Source: Candidatus Pacearchaeota archaeon (GTDB lineage: Archaea > Nanobdellota > Nanobdellia > Pacearchaeales > GW2011-AR1). From it: DNA of 64,000 nucleotides. The stretch covers positions 7,823-71,822 of the forward strand of contig JBAZOZ010000001.1 of assembly GCA_041648455.1 (NCBI GenBank). Reading direction: 5' to 3'. The notes beneath the pieces were generated by a model that worked only from the letters and a program-made list of their open reading frames with translations, was not told the DNA's origin and ran no database searches. Made by a program: the position numbers and the translations under genes. Of this stretch, positions 29,361 through 39,134 are shown piece by piece; the first letter of the stretch is position 1; each line of letters opens with the position of its first letter.

Positions 29361-30545
29361 CTATCTTCTGGACTCTATTACTTCTTTAATCAGTCTAGAA
29401 AGAAACAACATGATAAACATGACTATTGCAAATAAAATAAAAAGATATTTGAATGGAAAAAATAAAAGCAAAATAGCAGAAGAAAAAGTTCCTAAAAGAT
29501 GACCAGTATCAACGGCAGTATTATAGATTCCATAATATTTGTCTCTTTGAGATTCTTTGATTATATCAAAAAAATATGCTTCAGTTGTTGGCTCTAGCAT
29601 AGAGACACCGACACTCGCAAGAACTAATAGAACAAGAACATAATAAAAATTGGGCATAAAAAAACTTAAAATAGAAAGAACCCCTATGATAAGATATCCG
29701 GTAAAAAATAATTTCTTAAATCCTTTTTTTGAGGCAATTCTTCCAAAAAAAGATTCCAGGAATACTAATGGAAGAACTATCATAGATAAAAATAAACCAA
29801 CCAAAAAACCACTATATCCATTATCAACAAGATATATTGGAATATAAATATAAATTAATGCCCACCAAAAATTTACGGCACCATGTAACAAATAGATTAT
29901 TGCTCTTTCTTTTTTAGAGAAAAAATTAACAAGAAGTTTAAATACATTATAATCTATCTTTTTTGTTTTTCTATTATCTCTAATTTTAAAAAAGGTGAAA
30001 GAAAAAATTGAGAGGAGTGCTAAAGCTGATGTTAAAATAAAAACCGGACCGAATCCATATCTTTGTGCAATATATCCTGCAATTAAAGGGGAAATTAACC
30101 AAGCTAAATTTAAAAGAGTATAAATGGTGGCTTCATTTTTTGAAACATCTTGATTCGGGGTTTTATCCCTAACTAAAATCCCGAAAGCCGTTATTCTTAA
30201 ACTCCCAACTATTGCTAAAATAGTTCCTAAAATAATAATCAAATAAAAATTAGTATAAAAAGCAAAAATAGAGTAAGAAATTACAAACAAGAGCAAAGAG
30301 AATATTACTAATTTTATTTTATTATATTTTTCAACAATTGGAATTAAAATCAAATAAGATAAAAATCCGACTACTGAAAAAAAGGTAGATAAAAAACCAA
30401 CTAAAGAAGAATTGTGAATTATAGATTCTAAAAAAATTGCCCAGATTGTTGAAACTGCTGCTGCACCCAAAGATAAAAATAAATAAGAAATACTAATTCT
30501 ATCTATGTTTTTCAGATTGTGCCCTCTTTTTCTAAAAAAATGCAT
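29361..30545 (-). CDS. MFS transporter
   Basis: 394 aa with 12 TM helices. A basic loop sits between TM6 and TM7. Confidence 0.7.
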   Translation of the reverse strand: MHFFRKRGHNLKNIDRISISYLFLSLGAAAVSTIWAIFLESIIHNSSLVGFLSTFFSVVGFLSYLILIPIVEKYNKIKLVIFSLLLFVISYSIFAFYTNFYLIIILGTILAIVGSLRITAFGILVRDKTPNQDVSKNEATIYTLLNLAWLISPLIAGYIAQRYGFGPVFILTSALALLSIFSFTFFKIRDNRKTKKIDYNVFKLLVNFFSKKERAIIYLLHGAVNFWWALIYIYIPIYLVDNGYSGFLVGLFLSMIVLPLVFLESFFGRIASKKGFKKLFFTGYLIIGVLSILSFFMPNFYYVLVLLVLASVGVSMLEPTTEAYFFDIIKESQRDKYYGIYNTAVDTGHLLGTFSSAILLLFFPFKYLFILFAIVMFIMLFLSRLIKEVIESRR

Positions 30546-30843
30546 GTCAATTTATGTAAAAAGAAGTTTTTAAATTATACAGAGAAATTAATTTTTACTC
30601 CTCAGAAATTCTTTTTTGTTCTTCTAAAGAAAGAAAAGCCCTATTTGGAAAAAGTGTCATAGTAGAGAATCTTCCATCTCTAGTCATATATCAAACTTCT
30701 TCAGAATAATCATTATTATCTCTTGGTGGACGAACATTTCTTCCTTTTGCTCTTTGTTCATACCAAATATTAATTCGTGAAAACATATTAAAGATAATTA
30801 AAAAGTATATTTAAAGATTATTACTTTCTGTTCAAATCCTAAA

Positions 30844-30918
30844 CGGCCTTGACAGGATTTGAACCTGCGACCCCTTCCTTAGGGGGGAAGTGCTCTATCC
30901 AGACTGAGCTACAAGGCC
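30844..30918 (-). tRNA. tRNA-Arg (anticodon CCU; unusual C at position 33)
   Basis: Minus-strand GGCCTTGTAGCTCAGTCTGGATAGAGCACTTCCCCCCTAAGGAAGGGGTCGCAGGTTCAAATCCTGTCAAGGCCG. Stem CTTCC/GGAAG, loop CCCCUAA. Confidence 0.7.
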
Positions 30919-30937
30919 AACATGATAATTTTTTAAA

Positions 30938-31231
30938 GTGGTTTCATATTTAAAAAATATGCTAATAAAGATTTTAGGGGCTTTCGATATAATTATTGGA
31001 GCTATCTTAATTTTTGGAACTGGATCAGATTTTCCATTGAGAGTTTTAATATTTCTGGCCGTGATTATGATAGCAAAATCTTCTCTTAGTTTTTGGCAAG
31101 ATTTTGGAAGTTGGGTTGATTTAGCTGTTGGATTTATTTTTTTATTAATGATAATTATTTCAATTCCGAAATTTATAGGAATTATTTTGGGAATTTTGGC
31201 AATTCAAAAAGGATTTATCAGTTTTTTGTGA
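30938..31231 (+). CDS. small membrane protein
   Basis: 97 aa with 3 TM helices. Confidence 0.35.
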   Translation: MVSYLKNMLIKILGAFDIIIGAILIFGTGSDFPLRVLIFLAVIMIAKSSLSFWQDFGSWVDLAVGFIFLLMIIISIPKFIGIILGILAIQKGFISFL

Positions 31232-31257
31232 ATTTTTATATTTAGGATTTTAAATAA

Positions 31258-31398
31258 TGCGGGAAGTAGGGATCGGACCTACGCAGGCACTAAGCCATCA
31301 GCTATCTCACGAGTATGCTCGTTATTAATCGAAAACGTTTGTCTTCGCGAACTCACTCGACCTTAGGCTGACCCATTTGACCACTCTGGCATTCCCGC
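31258..31398 (-). tRNA. tRNA-Leu with ~57-nt intron in the anticodon loop (anticodon UAA or AAG, register ambiguous)
   Basis: Acceptor GCGGGAA/TTCCCGC+A and T-arm GTAGG-TCCGATC-CCTAC. Class II variable arm and D-arm nearly identical to tRNA-Leu(CAA) at 43406. Exon 1 ends ...GGGTCAGCCTAAGG. The intron is rich in palindromes (TTCGCGAA, AAACGTTT). Confidence 0.7.
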
Positions 31399-31459
31399 CC
31401 AAAATTATAGAAATTATCAATATAAAAAGTTTTATAAACACATTCTTTCTTGAAATTTT

Positions 31460-31574
<115 letters not shown>

Positions 31575-31619
31575 ATATTCTCTTGAAGGTTTTATAAAAT
31601 ATAATTTCTTTGTTAATGG

Positions 31620-32105
31620 ATGAATAAAAAATCTTTATTAAAAGAAGTTGATGGAATTTATGGCAAATATAGGAAAATTATATGGAAAGAAATTCCCAAA
31701 AAAACAAAAGTTACATGGAAAATAAAAGAGATAAAATTTGAATCTTGGGATAGGGGTTATTGGGCTGCGGAAAATAATAAGATATTTGTGGGATATGACT
31801 ATAAACCAAAATCCAAGATATTAACTTCAATAATTCACGAAGCGATTCATCTAAACACAATTAATAAGAAAAATCAAAAAAGATTTAGTAATTCCGAAAA
31901 AAATGCTATCACCAGAGAAATTGCTACTTGTATTTTAACTAATTTTATCATTCAAAAAATAAATAAAAAGCTAAAGAAGAAATTCAAGAAAAATAGATTT
32001 GATGAGTGGTATAAAAAATATGAAGGAAAATCAAAAGAATTTGAAAAGTTGAGTGAGGATAAAAATTTCTATGAATTTTTTAGTATAATAAAAGAAAGAA
32101 TATAA
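31620..32105 (+). CDS. small HExxH-motif protein (putative zinc metalloprotease-like)
   Basis: 161 aa. IIHEAIHLN is the only recognisable motif. No TM segment. Confidence 0.3.
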   Translation: MNKKSLLKEVDGIYGKYRKIIWKEIPKKTKVTWKIKEIKFESWDRGYWAAENNKIFVGYDYKPKSKILTSIIHEAIHLNTINKKNQKRFSNSEKNAITREIATCILTNFIIQKINKKLKKKFKKNRFDEWYKKYEGKSKEFEKLSEDKNFYEFFSIIKERI

Positions 32106-32380
32106 TGAATAAAAAACTTTCAAAAACAGAAGCTCTGAAAGAAATTGAAAATTTTTTTAAAGACATCCAAGGTAAAACACCGAAGGAAATTAAAAAAATT
32201 AAGAAACTTGCGATGTCTTACAATATTCCCTTGAAAGAAAAAAGAAAATTATTCTGCAAGAAATGTTTTGCAATTTATAAAAATCCCAAGATAAGAATAA
32301 AAAATAAAATGAAGTCAGTGACGTGTGAGAATTGTGGAAATGTTGGGAGATGGAAGATAGGAAAGATTAATAATTCTTAA
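32105..32380 (+). CDS. rnp4: RNase P protein subunit Rpp21/Rpr2 (zinc ribbon)
   Basis: 91 aa. KLAMSYNIPLKEKRKLFCKKCFAIY...VTCENCGNVGRW reproduces the Rpp21 pattern (LA..y.....kr.fCk.C...l.pG....C..Cg). Confidence 0.7.
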   Translation: MNKKLSKTEALKEIENFFKDIQGKTPKEIKKIKKLAMSYNIPLKEKRKLFCKKCFAIYKNPKIRIKNKMKSVTCENCGNVGRWKIGKINNS

Positions 32381-32768
32381 CTAAACGTATTTCATCATCT
32401 TTGAGAAATCCTTTTTCCCTTAAATTATTAATTTGTTCCTTAGAGATTTCTTCAAATCCAATTTTTTTATGTGCTTTAATAGAAGCCGAGTTTGACTTTT
32501 TAATAGTCGCGAATAATGTTTTAATTTTATATTTTTTTACTAAAAGATCTTCTGCTTGTTTTACTAATCCCTTTCCTCTGAATTCTAATGCTAAAATAAT
32601 TTGAACAAAACCAGCATGGGCCGGAAATCTTGCTGGAATAAATCCAATGATACCTATTTTTTTATTATCAACTATAACTGTGTAATAAGTAGCTCTTGTG
32701 TCGAGTGGAAGTTTTTTATTATCTGAAATTGATTCATAAAACTCTTTATCAAATTTTTTGAGTTGCAT
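32367..32768 (-). CDS. GNAT family N-acetyltransferase
   Basis: IILALEFRGKGLVKQAEDLL matches acetyl-CoA binding motif A (R/Q-x-x-G-x-G/A). Confidence 0.7.
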   Translation of the reverse strand: MQLKKFDKEFYESISDNKKLPLDTRATYYTVIVDNKKIGIIGFIPARFPAHAGFVQIILALEFRGKGLVKQAEDLLVKKYKIKTLFATIKKSNSASIKAHKKIGFEEISKEQINNLREKGFLKDDEIRLVKNY

Positions 32769-32798
32769 AAGTAATATAAGAATAACTAGATTAAAAAA

Positions 32799-32996
32799 TT
32801 AACTTTTCTTAAATCTTCCAGTAAGTTCGATCAAATCTTCGTGGCCGAGGAAAATACTTCTGCAACAAAATCTTTCCAAACCAAGCTCATCCAATACTTT
32901 CGACGAAGATTCACCCTGTGCTGTTCTTTTCTTGAATTCTTCCCATAAATGACCAATTGGCTTTCCACATGAGAAACATCTAACTGGAATTATCAT
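32799..32996 (-). CDS. rpoN: DNA-directed RNA polymerase subunit N (Rpo10/Rpb10)
   Basis: MIIPVRCFSCGKPIGHLWEEF...LGLERFCCRSIFLGHEDLI is near-identical to the archaeal RpoN consensus. Confidence 0.9.
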   Translation of the reverse strand: MIIPVRCFSCGKPIGHLWEEFKKRTAQGESSSKVLDELGLERFCCRSIFLGHEDLIELTGRFKKS

Positions 32997-33055
32997 AATA
33001 TTATTCCTTCAAAGTGGTTTAAAAAGTTTTGTATTAGTTAAATTTATAAAATCTA

Positions 33056-33598
33056 ATGAGGGAGAATTTAGACATGGTAAATAAAATAATGAGACTTGGA
33101 AAATTAGAAATTGATTTAAAAGAATTATCTAAATTTTTAGTCGGGGCTAAAAAAAATTGCTATGCTGGAAATGGTGAAGAAAAAAGATTATCTGATGGTT
33201 CAAAAATCTTAACTTTTCAAGAAGGAAATTTTCATTATGAAGATAATTATGATGGCTTTTATCAAGCTCCTGGAAGAGAATTGGTAAGATGGAAAAACGA
33301 AAACGGGCAGAGAATCTGGCAAATGTCTTATTGTGGAGGAATGAATCCAGAATATTTTAGAAACAAAAAATTTAGTGAAGATGTTTTTAGATTTTTGAAA
33401 ATCGCGCTGGGACGAGTTAGTGAAGAGATGCCTTTTAGAGGACCAGAACAATATGAATGGAATATAAATGGGTGGAATTATAGTTCCAATATAATTGGTG
33501 ATGTAAAAAGATTTATAGGTAATGAATTTATAAAAGCACCATCTGAAGATATTTTATTTTCATTAGACTTTATTGGGGGTTTATTTACTCCAAAATGA
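33056..33598 (+). CDS. hypothetical protein
   Basis: 180 aa, soluble. The stop overlaps the start of the following mini-ORF (ATGA). Confidence 0.4.
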   Translation: MRENLDMVNKIMRLGKLEIDLKELSKFLVGAKKNCYAGNGEEKRLSDGSKILTFQEGNFHYEDNYDGFYQAPGRELVRWKNENGQRIWQMSYCGGMNPEYFRNKKFSEDVFRFLKIALGRVSEEMPFRGPEQYEWNINGWNYSSNIIGDVKRFIGNEFIKAPSEDILFSLDFIGGLFTPK

Positions 33599-33648
33599 AA
33601 AAAACAAAAAGTTTTTTGCCTTTTCAAAATAGGAAGTTTTTAAGATGA
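33595..33648 (+). other. 17-codon lysine-rich mini-ORF / repeat unit ([17 protein letters not shown]), ATGA-coupled on both sides
   Basis: Near-identical copies at 39081 and 43967. TGA at 33646 overlaps the ABC ATPase ATG at 33645. Confidence 0.4.
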
Positions 33649-34397
33649 AAAATAAAGAAAACAAGAATATAATTGAATTAAGGAATGTTGCAAGATATTA
33701 CGAGATGGGAGAATCTTTAGTTAAAGCTCTTGATTGTGTTGACATCAAAATTGAAGAGGGAGATTTTGTAGCAATTATGGGGCCGAGTGGAAGCGGGAAA
33801 TCAACGAGCATGAATCTAACTGGAAGTTTAGATTATGCAACGCACGGAGATATTTTTCTTGATGGAATAAATATTGAAAATATGACTGAATCTGAGCTTG
33901 CACAATTAAGGGGGAAGAAAATAGGATTTATTTTTCAGCAATTTAATCTTATTCCAAATTTAACTGCAAAAGAAAATGTTATGCTTCCAATGATGTTTCA
34001 GGGAATTGACATTGAAGAAAGAAAAGAAAAAGCAGAAGAAGTTTTGAAAATGGTTGAACTTTCTGATAGGGTGGATTTTTATCCTAACCAACTTTCGGGA
34101 GGACAACAGCAAAGAGTTGCGATTGCTCGTGCACTTGCAAATAATCCAGAAGTCATTCTTGCCGACGAGCCAACAGGAAATCTTGACACGAGAACAGGAG
34201 AGATTGTTATGAAATTCTTGAACAAATTAAATGAAGAAGGAAAAACAATAATCATTGTTACTCACGACCCAAATGTTGCAAGAAACCATGCTAAGATAAT
34301 TTACTCTTTAAGGGATGGGAAGGTTGAAGCTGTGGAAAAAAAGATGAATGGAAAGTGGAAGAAAACTTCTATGAAAGAATGTGTCCCAAAGAAATAA
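33645..34397 (+). CDS. ABC transporter ATP-binding protein (MacB/LolD-type)
   Basis: Walker [10 protein letters not shown]. Signature [15 protein letters not shown]. Walker [12 protein letters not shown]. Confidence 0.9.
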   Translation: MKNKENKNIIELRNVARYYEMGESLVKALDCVDIKIEEGDFVAIMGPSGSGKSTSMNLTGSLDYATHGDIFLDGINIENMTESELAQLRGKKIGFIFQQFNLIPNLTAKENVMLPMMFQGIDIEERKEKAEEVLKMVELSDRVDFYPNQLSGGQQQRVAIARALANNPEVILADEPTGNLDTRTGEIVMKFLNKLNEEGKTIIIVTHDPNVARNHAKIIYSLRDGKVEAVEKKMNGKWKKTSMKECVPKK

Positions 34398-34459
34398 TGT
34401 TTTTACTTTAACGGAGTAACAATAATAAGATTTATAAATACTAAAATATATGAAAAAAT

Positions 34460-35374
34460 ATGGAAATGAAAACTAAAACAATAATCGCAATAGCAATCTT
34501 ATTGATTTATGTAGCAAGCATAATTTCATTTGCATCTGCAATTTTAGTTGATGCTGATTATATTACAATTTATCCTGGAGAACAGGGAAATGTGAAAATT
34601 AAAGTAGAAAACAATGAGAATTTTGACATTGAAAGTGTTTCAGTTGGAATTGTATTAAGTACTGTAACTCAAACAGGAGAAATTGTTTCTCTTCCATTCA
34701 GTGTTGTTGGAAGTTCTGAAAAAAGTTTAGATGATTTAAATGAAGATGACGATGATTCTGCAACATTCACAATAAAAGCTTCAACAGATATAAAACCAGG
34801 TGATTATAATATTCCTTATGTTGTTAAATACACTAATATTGATACAGAGGAAAAAGTTCAAAAGCAGGGTAGTTTTGGAATAAGAGTTTCTGCTAAGACG
34901 GATTTAGATTTTGGTGTTGAAGTTAACGGGGCTAATACTGAATCTGCAATTGTCGGACAGCAAGGAAAAATTACCTTAGAAATAATTAATAGAGGTTTAG
35001 GAGATTTAAAATCTGTTTCAGTCGTGGCGACTCCGAATGGTTATGATTTAATCTCAAAAGAAAAAGTTTTTGTTGGAACTGTTAGTGCGGAAGATTCCGA
35101 CACGATTTCATGGGATGTTTTATTCAAAACAAAAAATCCTACATTGAATGTTGTGATAACTTATAATGATTTTGACAACAAGGCACAGACAAAAACAATT
35201 AGTTTACCTTTGCAAGTTTATACTCGGCAAGAAGCTCTTCAATTAGGGTTAATAAAGAAAAGTAATACTGGAATTTATGTTGGTGTTATTATAATATTAA
35301 TAATTGTTTGGTTTGTTTATAGAAAAATAAAAAAATCTAGAAAAAAGAAAGCAAAAGAGCAAGGGAGAAATTGA
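34460..35374 (+). CDS. secreted surface protein with C-terminal TM anchor (COG1361/CARDB-like, ABC-transporter associated)
   Basis: Signal peptide and beta-rich repeats. C-terminal hydrophobic helix followed by a basic tail (YRKIKKSRKKKAKEQGRN). Confidence 0.5.
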   Translation: MEMKTKTIIAIAILLIYVASIISFASAILVDADYITIYPGEQGNVKIKVENNENFDIESVSVGIVLSTVTQTGEIVSLPFSVVGSSEKSLDDLNEDDDDSATFTIKASTDIKPGDYNIPYVVKYTNIDTEEKVQKQGSFGIRVSAKTDLDFGVEVNGANTESAIVGQQGKITLEIINRGLGDLKSVSVVATPNGYDLISKEKVFVGTVSAEDSDTISWDVLFKTKNPTLNVVITYNDFDNKAQTKTISLPLQVYTRQEALQLGLIKKSNTGIYVGVIIILIIVWFVYRKIKKSRKKKAKEQGRN

Positions 35375-35682
35375 ATATGGAAATATCTCAAGAATTTAGA
35401 AACCAAATTAAATCAAGTTTATTAAGAATAGTTTTACTTACTTCCGTAACTACTGTGGTTGCCATAGGTATCTCTAAATATCAAAATAAGGAAAAATCTC
35501 AACAAAAATCAAAATTAATTCAAAAAGTTCGATCACCTCCTCCAACACCTACTGTTTTTAGAAATGATAATGGAACGACAAATACTATTTATGCTCATAG
35601 AGATGCTAAAGGACAACTTTATTTTGATAATAATCCATCTACAGATAGTTTAGTTGAAAAATATGAATATGATTGGAGGTAA
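35371..35682 (+). CDS. small membrane protein
   Basis: 103 aa with one TM helix. Start overlaps the upstream stop. Confidence 0.35.
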   Translation: MNMEISQEFRNQIKSSLLRIVLLTSVTTVVAIGISKYQNKEKSQQKSKLIQKVRSPPPTPTVFRNDNGTTNTIYAHRDAKGQLYFDNNPSTDSLVEKYEYDWR

Positions 35683-35688
35683 CTCCAG

Positions 35689-36906
35689 ATGATTCTCGAT
35701 TATTTTAAACTCGCCTTGGGAAATTTGAGGCATAGAGGAATTAGATCGTGGTTGACAATTCTTGGAATCTTTATTGGAATTGCTGCAGTTGTTGCTTTGA
35801 TTTCTATGGGAGCTGGATTAAAATCGGCAGTCATAGGACAATTTGGAGCGCTTTCGGTAGATAAACTCACAATTCAAAATAAGGGAACTGGATTTGGACC
35901 TCCAGGAAGCACAGTTGTTGAAAAATTAAATAATCATGATATTCAAATTATAGAAAATGTTCGGAGAGTTGATTTAGTTATTCCGAGATTAATTCGAATT
36001 GCCAAAGTAGAATATAATAAAATTCCAACTTATACTTACATTACAGATCTTCCAGATACTTCGAAAAAAATGGATTTGGTTTACGAATCTTTTAATGTTA
36101 TGGTCAGCGACGGAAGATTATTAAGGCCAGATGATAGTGGAAAAATTTTAATTGGAGCGGATTTTGCGAAAACAAAAACTTTTGAAAAAGATTTAGCTGT
36201 TGGAAAAAATATACAAATTAATGGAAAAGATTTTCAAATTATTGGAATCTTAGAAAAATCAAGTAGTCTCCAATTAAATAATGTTATTTTAATGCCGACA
36301 AAAGATTTGCAAGAACTTTTAGGAATTAAAGACGAATGGGATTTGATTGTTGCACAAGTTCATGATAAAAATAAAATTCAAGAAGTTGCAAAAGATATAG
36401 AAAATGCACTAAGAAAAGACAGGAATGAAAAAATTGGTGGGGAAACTTTCAGTGTTCAAACTCCCTTGCAAGCACTTGGAGCAGTTAATACTATATTAAA
36501 TATAATTAATGCAATTGTCGTCGGTATCGCGATGATTTCTCTTGTTGTTGGTGGTGTTGGAATTGCAAATACGATGTATACTTCAGTTATAGAAAGAACA
36601 AAAGAAATTGGAATTATGAAAGCAATTGGAGCTAAGAACAAAGATATTTTATGGATATTTTTAATTGAGTCTGGTTTGCTCGGATTGGTTGGTGGAATCG
36701 TAGGAGCATTGATAGGTTTGGGGGGAGCAATTGGAATTTCAAATATTGCAAACAGCGCGTTAGGAAATGATTTATTTAAGGTAACAGTTTCTTATCCATT
36801 ATTATTTGCAGCAATTTCATTTTCATTTATTCTTGGAATTATCTTCGGTGTTTTTCCTGCTTTGCAAGCAAGTAAATTAAAACCAGTTGAGGCGTTGAGA
36901 AAATAA
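35689..36906 (+). CDS. ABC transporter permease, FtsX/MacB family
   Basis: N-terminal TM helix, large extracytoplasmic domain and C-terminal 3-TM FtsX domain (SVIERTKEIGIMKAIGAKNKDILWIFLIESGLLG). Confidence 0.85.
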   Translation: MILDYFKLALGNLRHRGIRSWLTILGIFIGIAAVVALISMGAGLKSAVIGQFGALSVDKLTIQNKGTGFGPPGSTVVEKLNNHDIQIIENVRRVDLVIPRLIRIAKVEYNKIPTYTYITDLPDTSKKMDLVYESFNVMVSDGRLLRPDDSGKILIGADFAKTKTFEKDLAVGKNIQINGKDFQIIGILEKSSSLQLNNVILMPTKDLQELLGIKDEWDLIVAQVHDKNKIQEVAKDIENALRKDRNEKIGGETFSVQTPLQALGAVNTILNIINAIVVGIAMISLVVGGVGIANTMYTSVIERTKEIGIMKAIGAKNKDILWIFLIESGLLGLVGGIVGALIGLGGAIGISNIANSALGNDLFKVTVSYPLLFAAISFSFILGIIFGVFPALQASKLKPVEALRK

Positions 36907-36907
36907 A

Positions 36908-37216
36908 ATGGAAGAAAGGACAACAATTCAAGGAAAATTAGAATTAAAAATTCGTGGAGAAGGTGTTTGTGGAGAATTGGAATTAACTTATATGCCCATT
37001 GAAAATATAGAAGGAGCACAAAATATTAATTGTACAATGAAAACAACAATAAATGCAAGAGATTATTTGAGTTTAGCAAAAGATGTAAATAATATAGTTA
37101 GAGGGTTTGGATGTTCTGTTGGATTAAGGAATACAAAATATGATTTACAGGTAGTAGGGGATAAAAAAGAATTTGAGCAAGAAGATATAGATTATATTGC
37201 GGAGTTAATAAAATGA
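36908..37216 (+). CDS. small soluble protein encoded between the two permease genes
   Basis: 102 aa. Both ends overlap the flanking permease genes. Confidence 0.35.
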   Translation: MEERTTIQGKLELKIRGEGVCGELELTYMPIENIEGAQNINCTMKTTINARDYLSLAKDVNNIVRGFGCSVGLRNTKYDLQVVGDKKEFEQEDIDYIAELIK

Positions 37217-38424
37217 TCTCCGATTATTTTAAAATTGCAATAAAAAATTTGAAACAAAGAAAACTTAGAAGTTGGTTGACTATGTTGGGAATTTTTATTT
37301 CGATTGCAACAATATTTACTTTGATAAGTTTGTCTCTTGGTTTGCAAGGCGCGATTAATGAACAATTCCAAATTTTAGGTGTGGATAAATTTTTTATTAT
37401 GCCGAAAGGACAATTAGGTGCGCCTGGAACTGGCGGGGCTGTTGAATTAACATTAAAAGATGTAAATGTCGTCGAGAAGACTTCTGGAGTCAAGGACGTT
37501 ACTTATGCTACTGTAGCAAATGCAAAAGTCGAATTTAATAAACAAACAAGATATATGATGGTTGTTGGACTTCCCACAGATAAAATAGAATTATTTAAAG
37601 AATCTACCAGTCTAAAGATTGAAGATGGAAAATTTATTGAAAAAAGTGTAACAGGAAAAATTGTTTTAGGATATGATTACAAATATGGAAATATTTTTGG
37701 AAAACCCATTATTGTTGGAGAAATCATTTTAATTAACGGACAGAAATTTAGAGTGATTGGAATCTTAGGACAAATTGGGAATCCCCAGGACGATAAAAAT
37801 ATTTATATGTCAATTGACGATGTGAAATCTGTATTTAATACCAGAGATAGAATTGATGAAATAATTATTCAAATAAATTATGGAGAAAATATTAAAGATG
37901 TTGCAAACAAAGTTGAAGATAAATTAAGAAAATCGCGAGGTGTGACTGAAAAAACGCAAGACTTCAGTGTTTTAACCCCGGAAGAACTTTTACAAAGTTT
38001 TGGAAATATTCTTACAATAATCACTGCCTTTTTAGGGGGAATTGCGGCAATATCTTTAATTGTCGGGGGAGTTGGAATCACAAACACAATGTATACTTCA
38101 GTTATAGAAAGAACAAAAGAAATTGGAATTATGAAAGCGATTGGTGCAAAAAATAAAGATATTTTATGGATTTTTTTAATTGAATCTGGTTTGCTCGGAC
38201 TTGCTGGAGCAATTATTGGTGTTGTCTTGGGTTATGGATTAAGTAATGGAATAGTATATATTGTAACTAATTTATATAATACAAATTTATTACAAGCAGC
38301 GGCACCGATTTATTTAATTGCCGGCTGTTTAGCATTTGGTTTTTTAATTGGCGCAATTTCCGGAGTTTTACCTGCGTGGCAAGCATCAAAAACAAATGTT
38401 GTAGATGCATTGAGATACGAATAG
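37213..38424 (+). CDS. ABC transporter permease, FtsX/MacB family (paralog)
   Basis: The SVIERTKEIGIMKAIGAKNKDILWIFLIESGLLG block is identical to the one in 35689..36906. Confidence 0.85.
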   Translation: MISDYFKIAIKNLKQRKLRSWLTMLGIFISIATIFTLISLSLGLQGAINEQFQILGVDKFFIMPKGQLGAPGTGGAVELTLKDVNVVEKTSGVKDVTYATVANAKVEFNKQTRYMMVVGLPTDKIELFKESTSLKIEDGKFIEKSVTGKIVLGYDYKYGNIFGKPIIVGEIILINGQKFRVIGILGQIGNPQDDKNIYMSIDDVKSVFNTRDRIDEIIIQINYGENIKDVANKVEDKLRKSRGVTEKTQDFSVLTPEELLQSFGNILTIITAFLGGIAAISLIVGGVGITNTMYTSVIERTKEIGIMKAIGAKNKDILWIFLIESGLLGLAGAIIGVVLGYGLSNGIVYIVTNLYNTNLLQAAAPIYLIAGCLAFGFLIGAISGVLPAWQASKTNVVDALRYE

Positions 38425-38512
38425 AATTTTATAATTAAATAAAAAATTATACAAAAATTTAAAAACCAAATTATTTTTACAATTAAACTAACTCTATAAG
38501 GAGATTTTTAAA

Positions 38513-38713
38513 ATGACAAAAAAATGTGTTTATTGTGATTCAGAAGTTCCTGTGGATAGAGCTATGCAAATCTGTGATAGATGTGGGGTTGGAGTTTGGG
38601 GACGTAAACAATGGGAACATATAAAGCAAACAACTAATGAGGCACAAGATAAGGGGGATTTATGCTCAACAAATATGGCTCCTGATTTCTTGAATAAGAA
38701 GTTGATAGAATAA
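38513..38713 (+). CDS. small zinc-ribbon protein
   Basis: CVYCDSEVP...CDRCGV, two CxxC pairs. Confidence 0.35.
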   Translation: MTKKCVYCDSEVPVDRAMQICDRCGVGVWGRKQWEHIKQTTNEAQDKGDLCSTNMAPDFLNKKLIE

Positions 38714-38820
38714 CAAAAGATAGTTTTTTAAATAGAATTTTTCTGGCTTATTTATGGTTATAGAGAATAGTAAATTCTCTATCCCCACAAAATTTAATAA
38801 ACACAGAATAGGAAAATTTT

Positions 38821-39078
38821 ATGGTTCAAAGAAAAAATGTTAGGTCTAGGGGAAAATTGCAATTCAGCAAATATTTCCAAGAATTTGAGAAGGGAGATAG
38901 CGTAGCAATTAATAGAGAAAGATCAATAAATTCAAATTTTCCAAAAAGATTGCAAGGAAGAACTGGAAAAATCGATGGAAAAAAAGGGAGAGTATATATA
39001 ATTAAAATCAAGGATCTTGAAAAAGAAAAAAAATTTTTAATAGAACCTATACATTTAACGAAAATCAAAAATCAATAA
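38821..39078 (+). CDS. rpl21e: 50S ribosomal protein L21e
   Basis: VRSRGKLQFSKYFQEFEKGDSVAI...RLQGRTGKIDGKKGRVYIIKIKD follows the L21e consensus (..R.r..f.r.f...G.....Y...kGD.VdI....HGKTGrV). Confidence 0.85.
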   Translation: MVQRKNVRSRGKLQFSKYFQEFEKGDSVAINRERSINSNFPKRLQGRTGKIDGKKGRVYIIKIKDLEKEKKFLIEPIHLTKIKNQ

Positions 39079-39080
39079 AA

Positions 39081-39134
39081 ATGAAAAAAACAAGAAGTTT
39101 TTTGCCTTTTAAAAACGGGAAGTTTTCAAAATGA
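39081..39134 (+). other. 17-codon mini-ORF / repeat unit (MKKTRSFLPFKNGKFSK)
   Basis: Copy of the 33595 and 43967 units. TGA at 39132 overlaps the next ATG at 39131. Confidence 0.4.
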
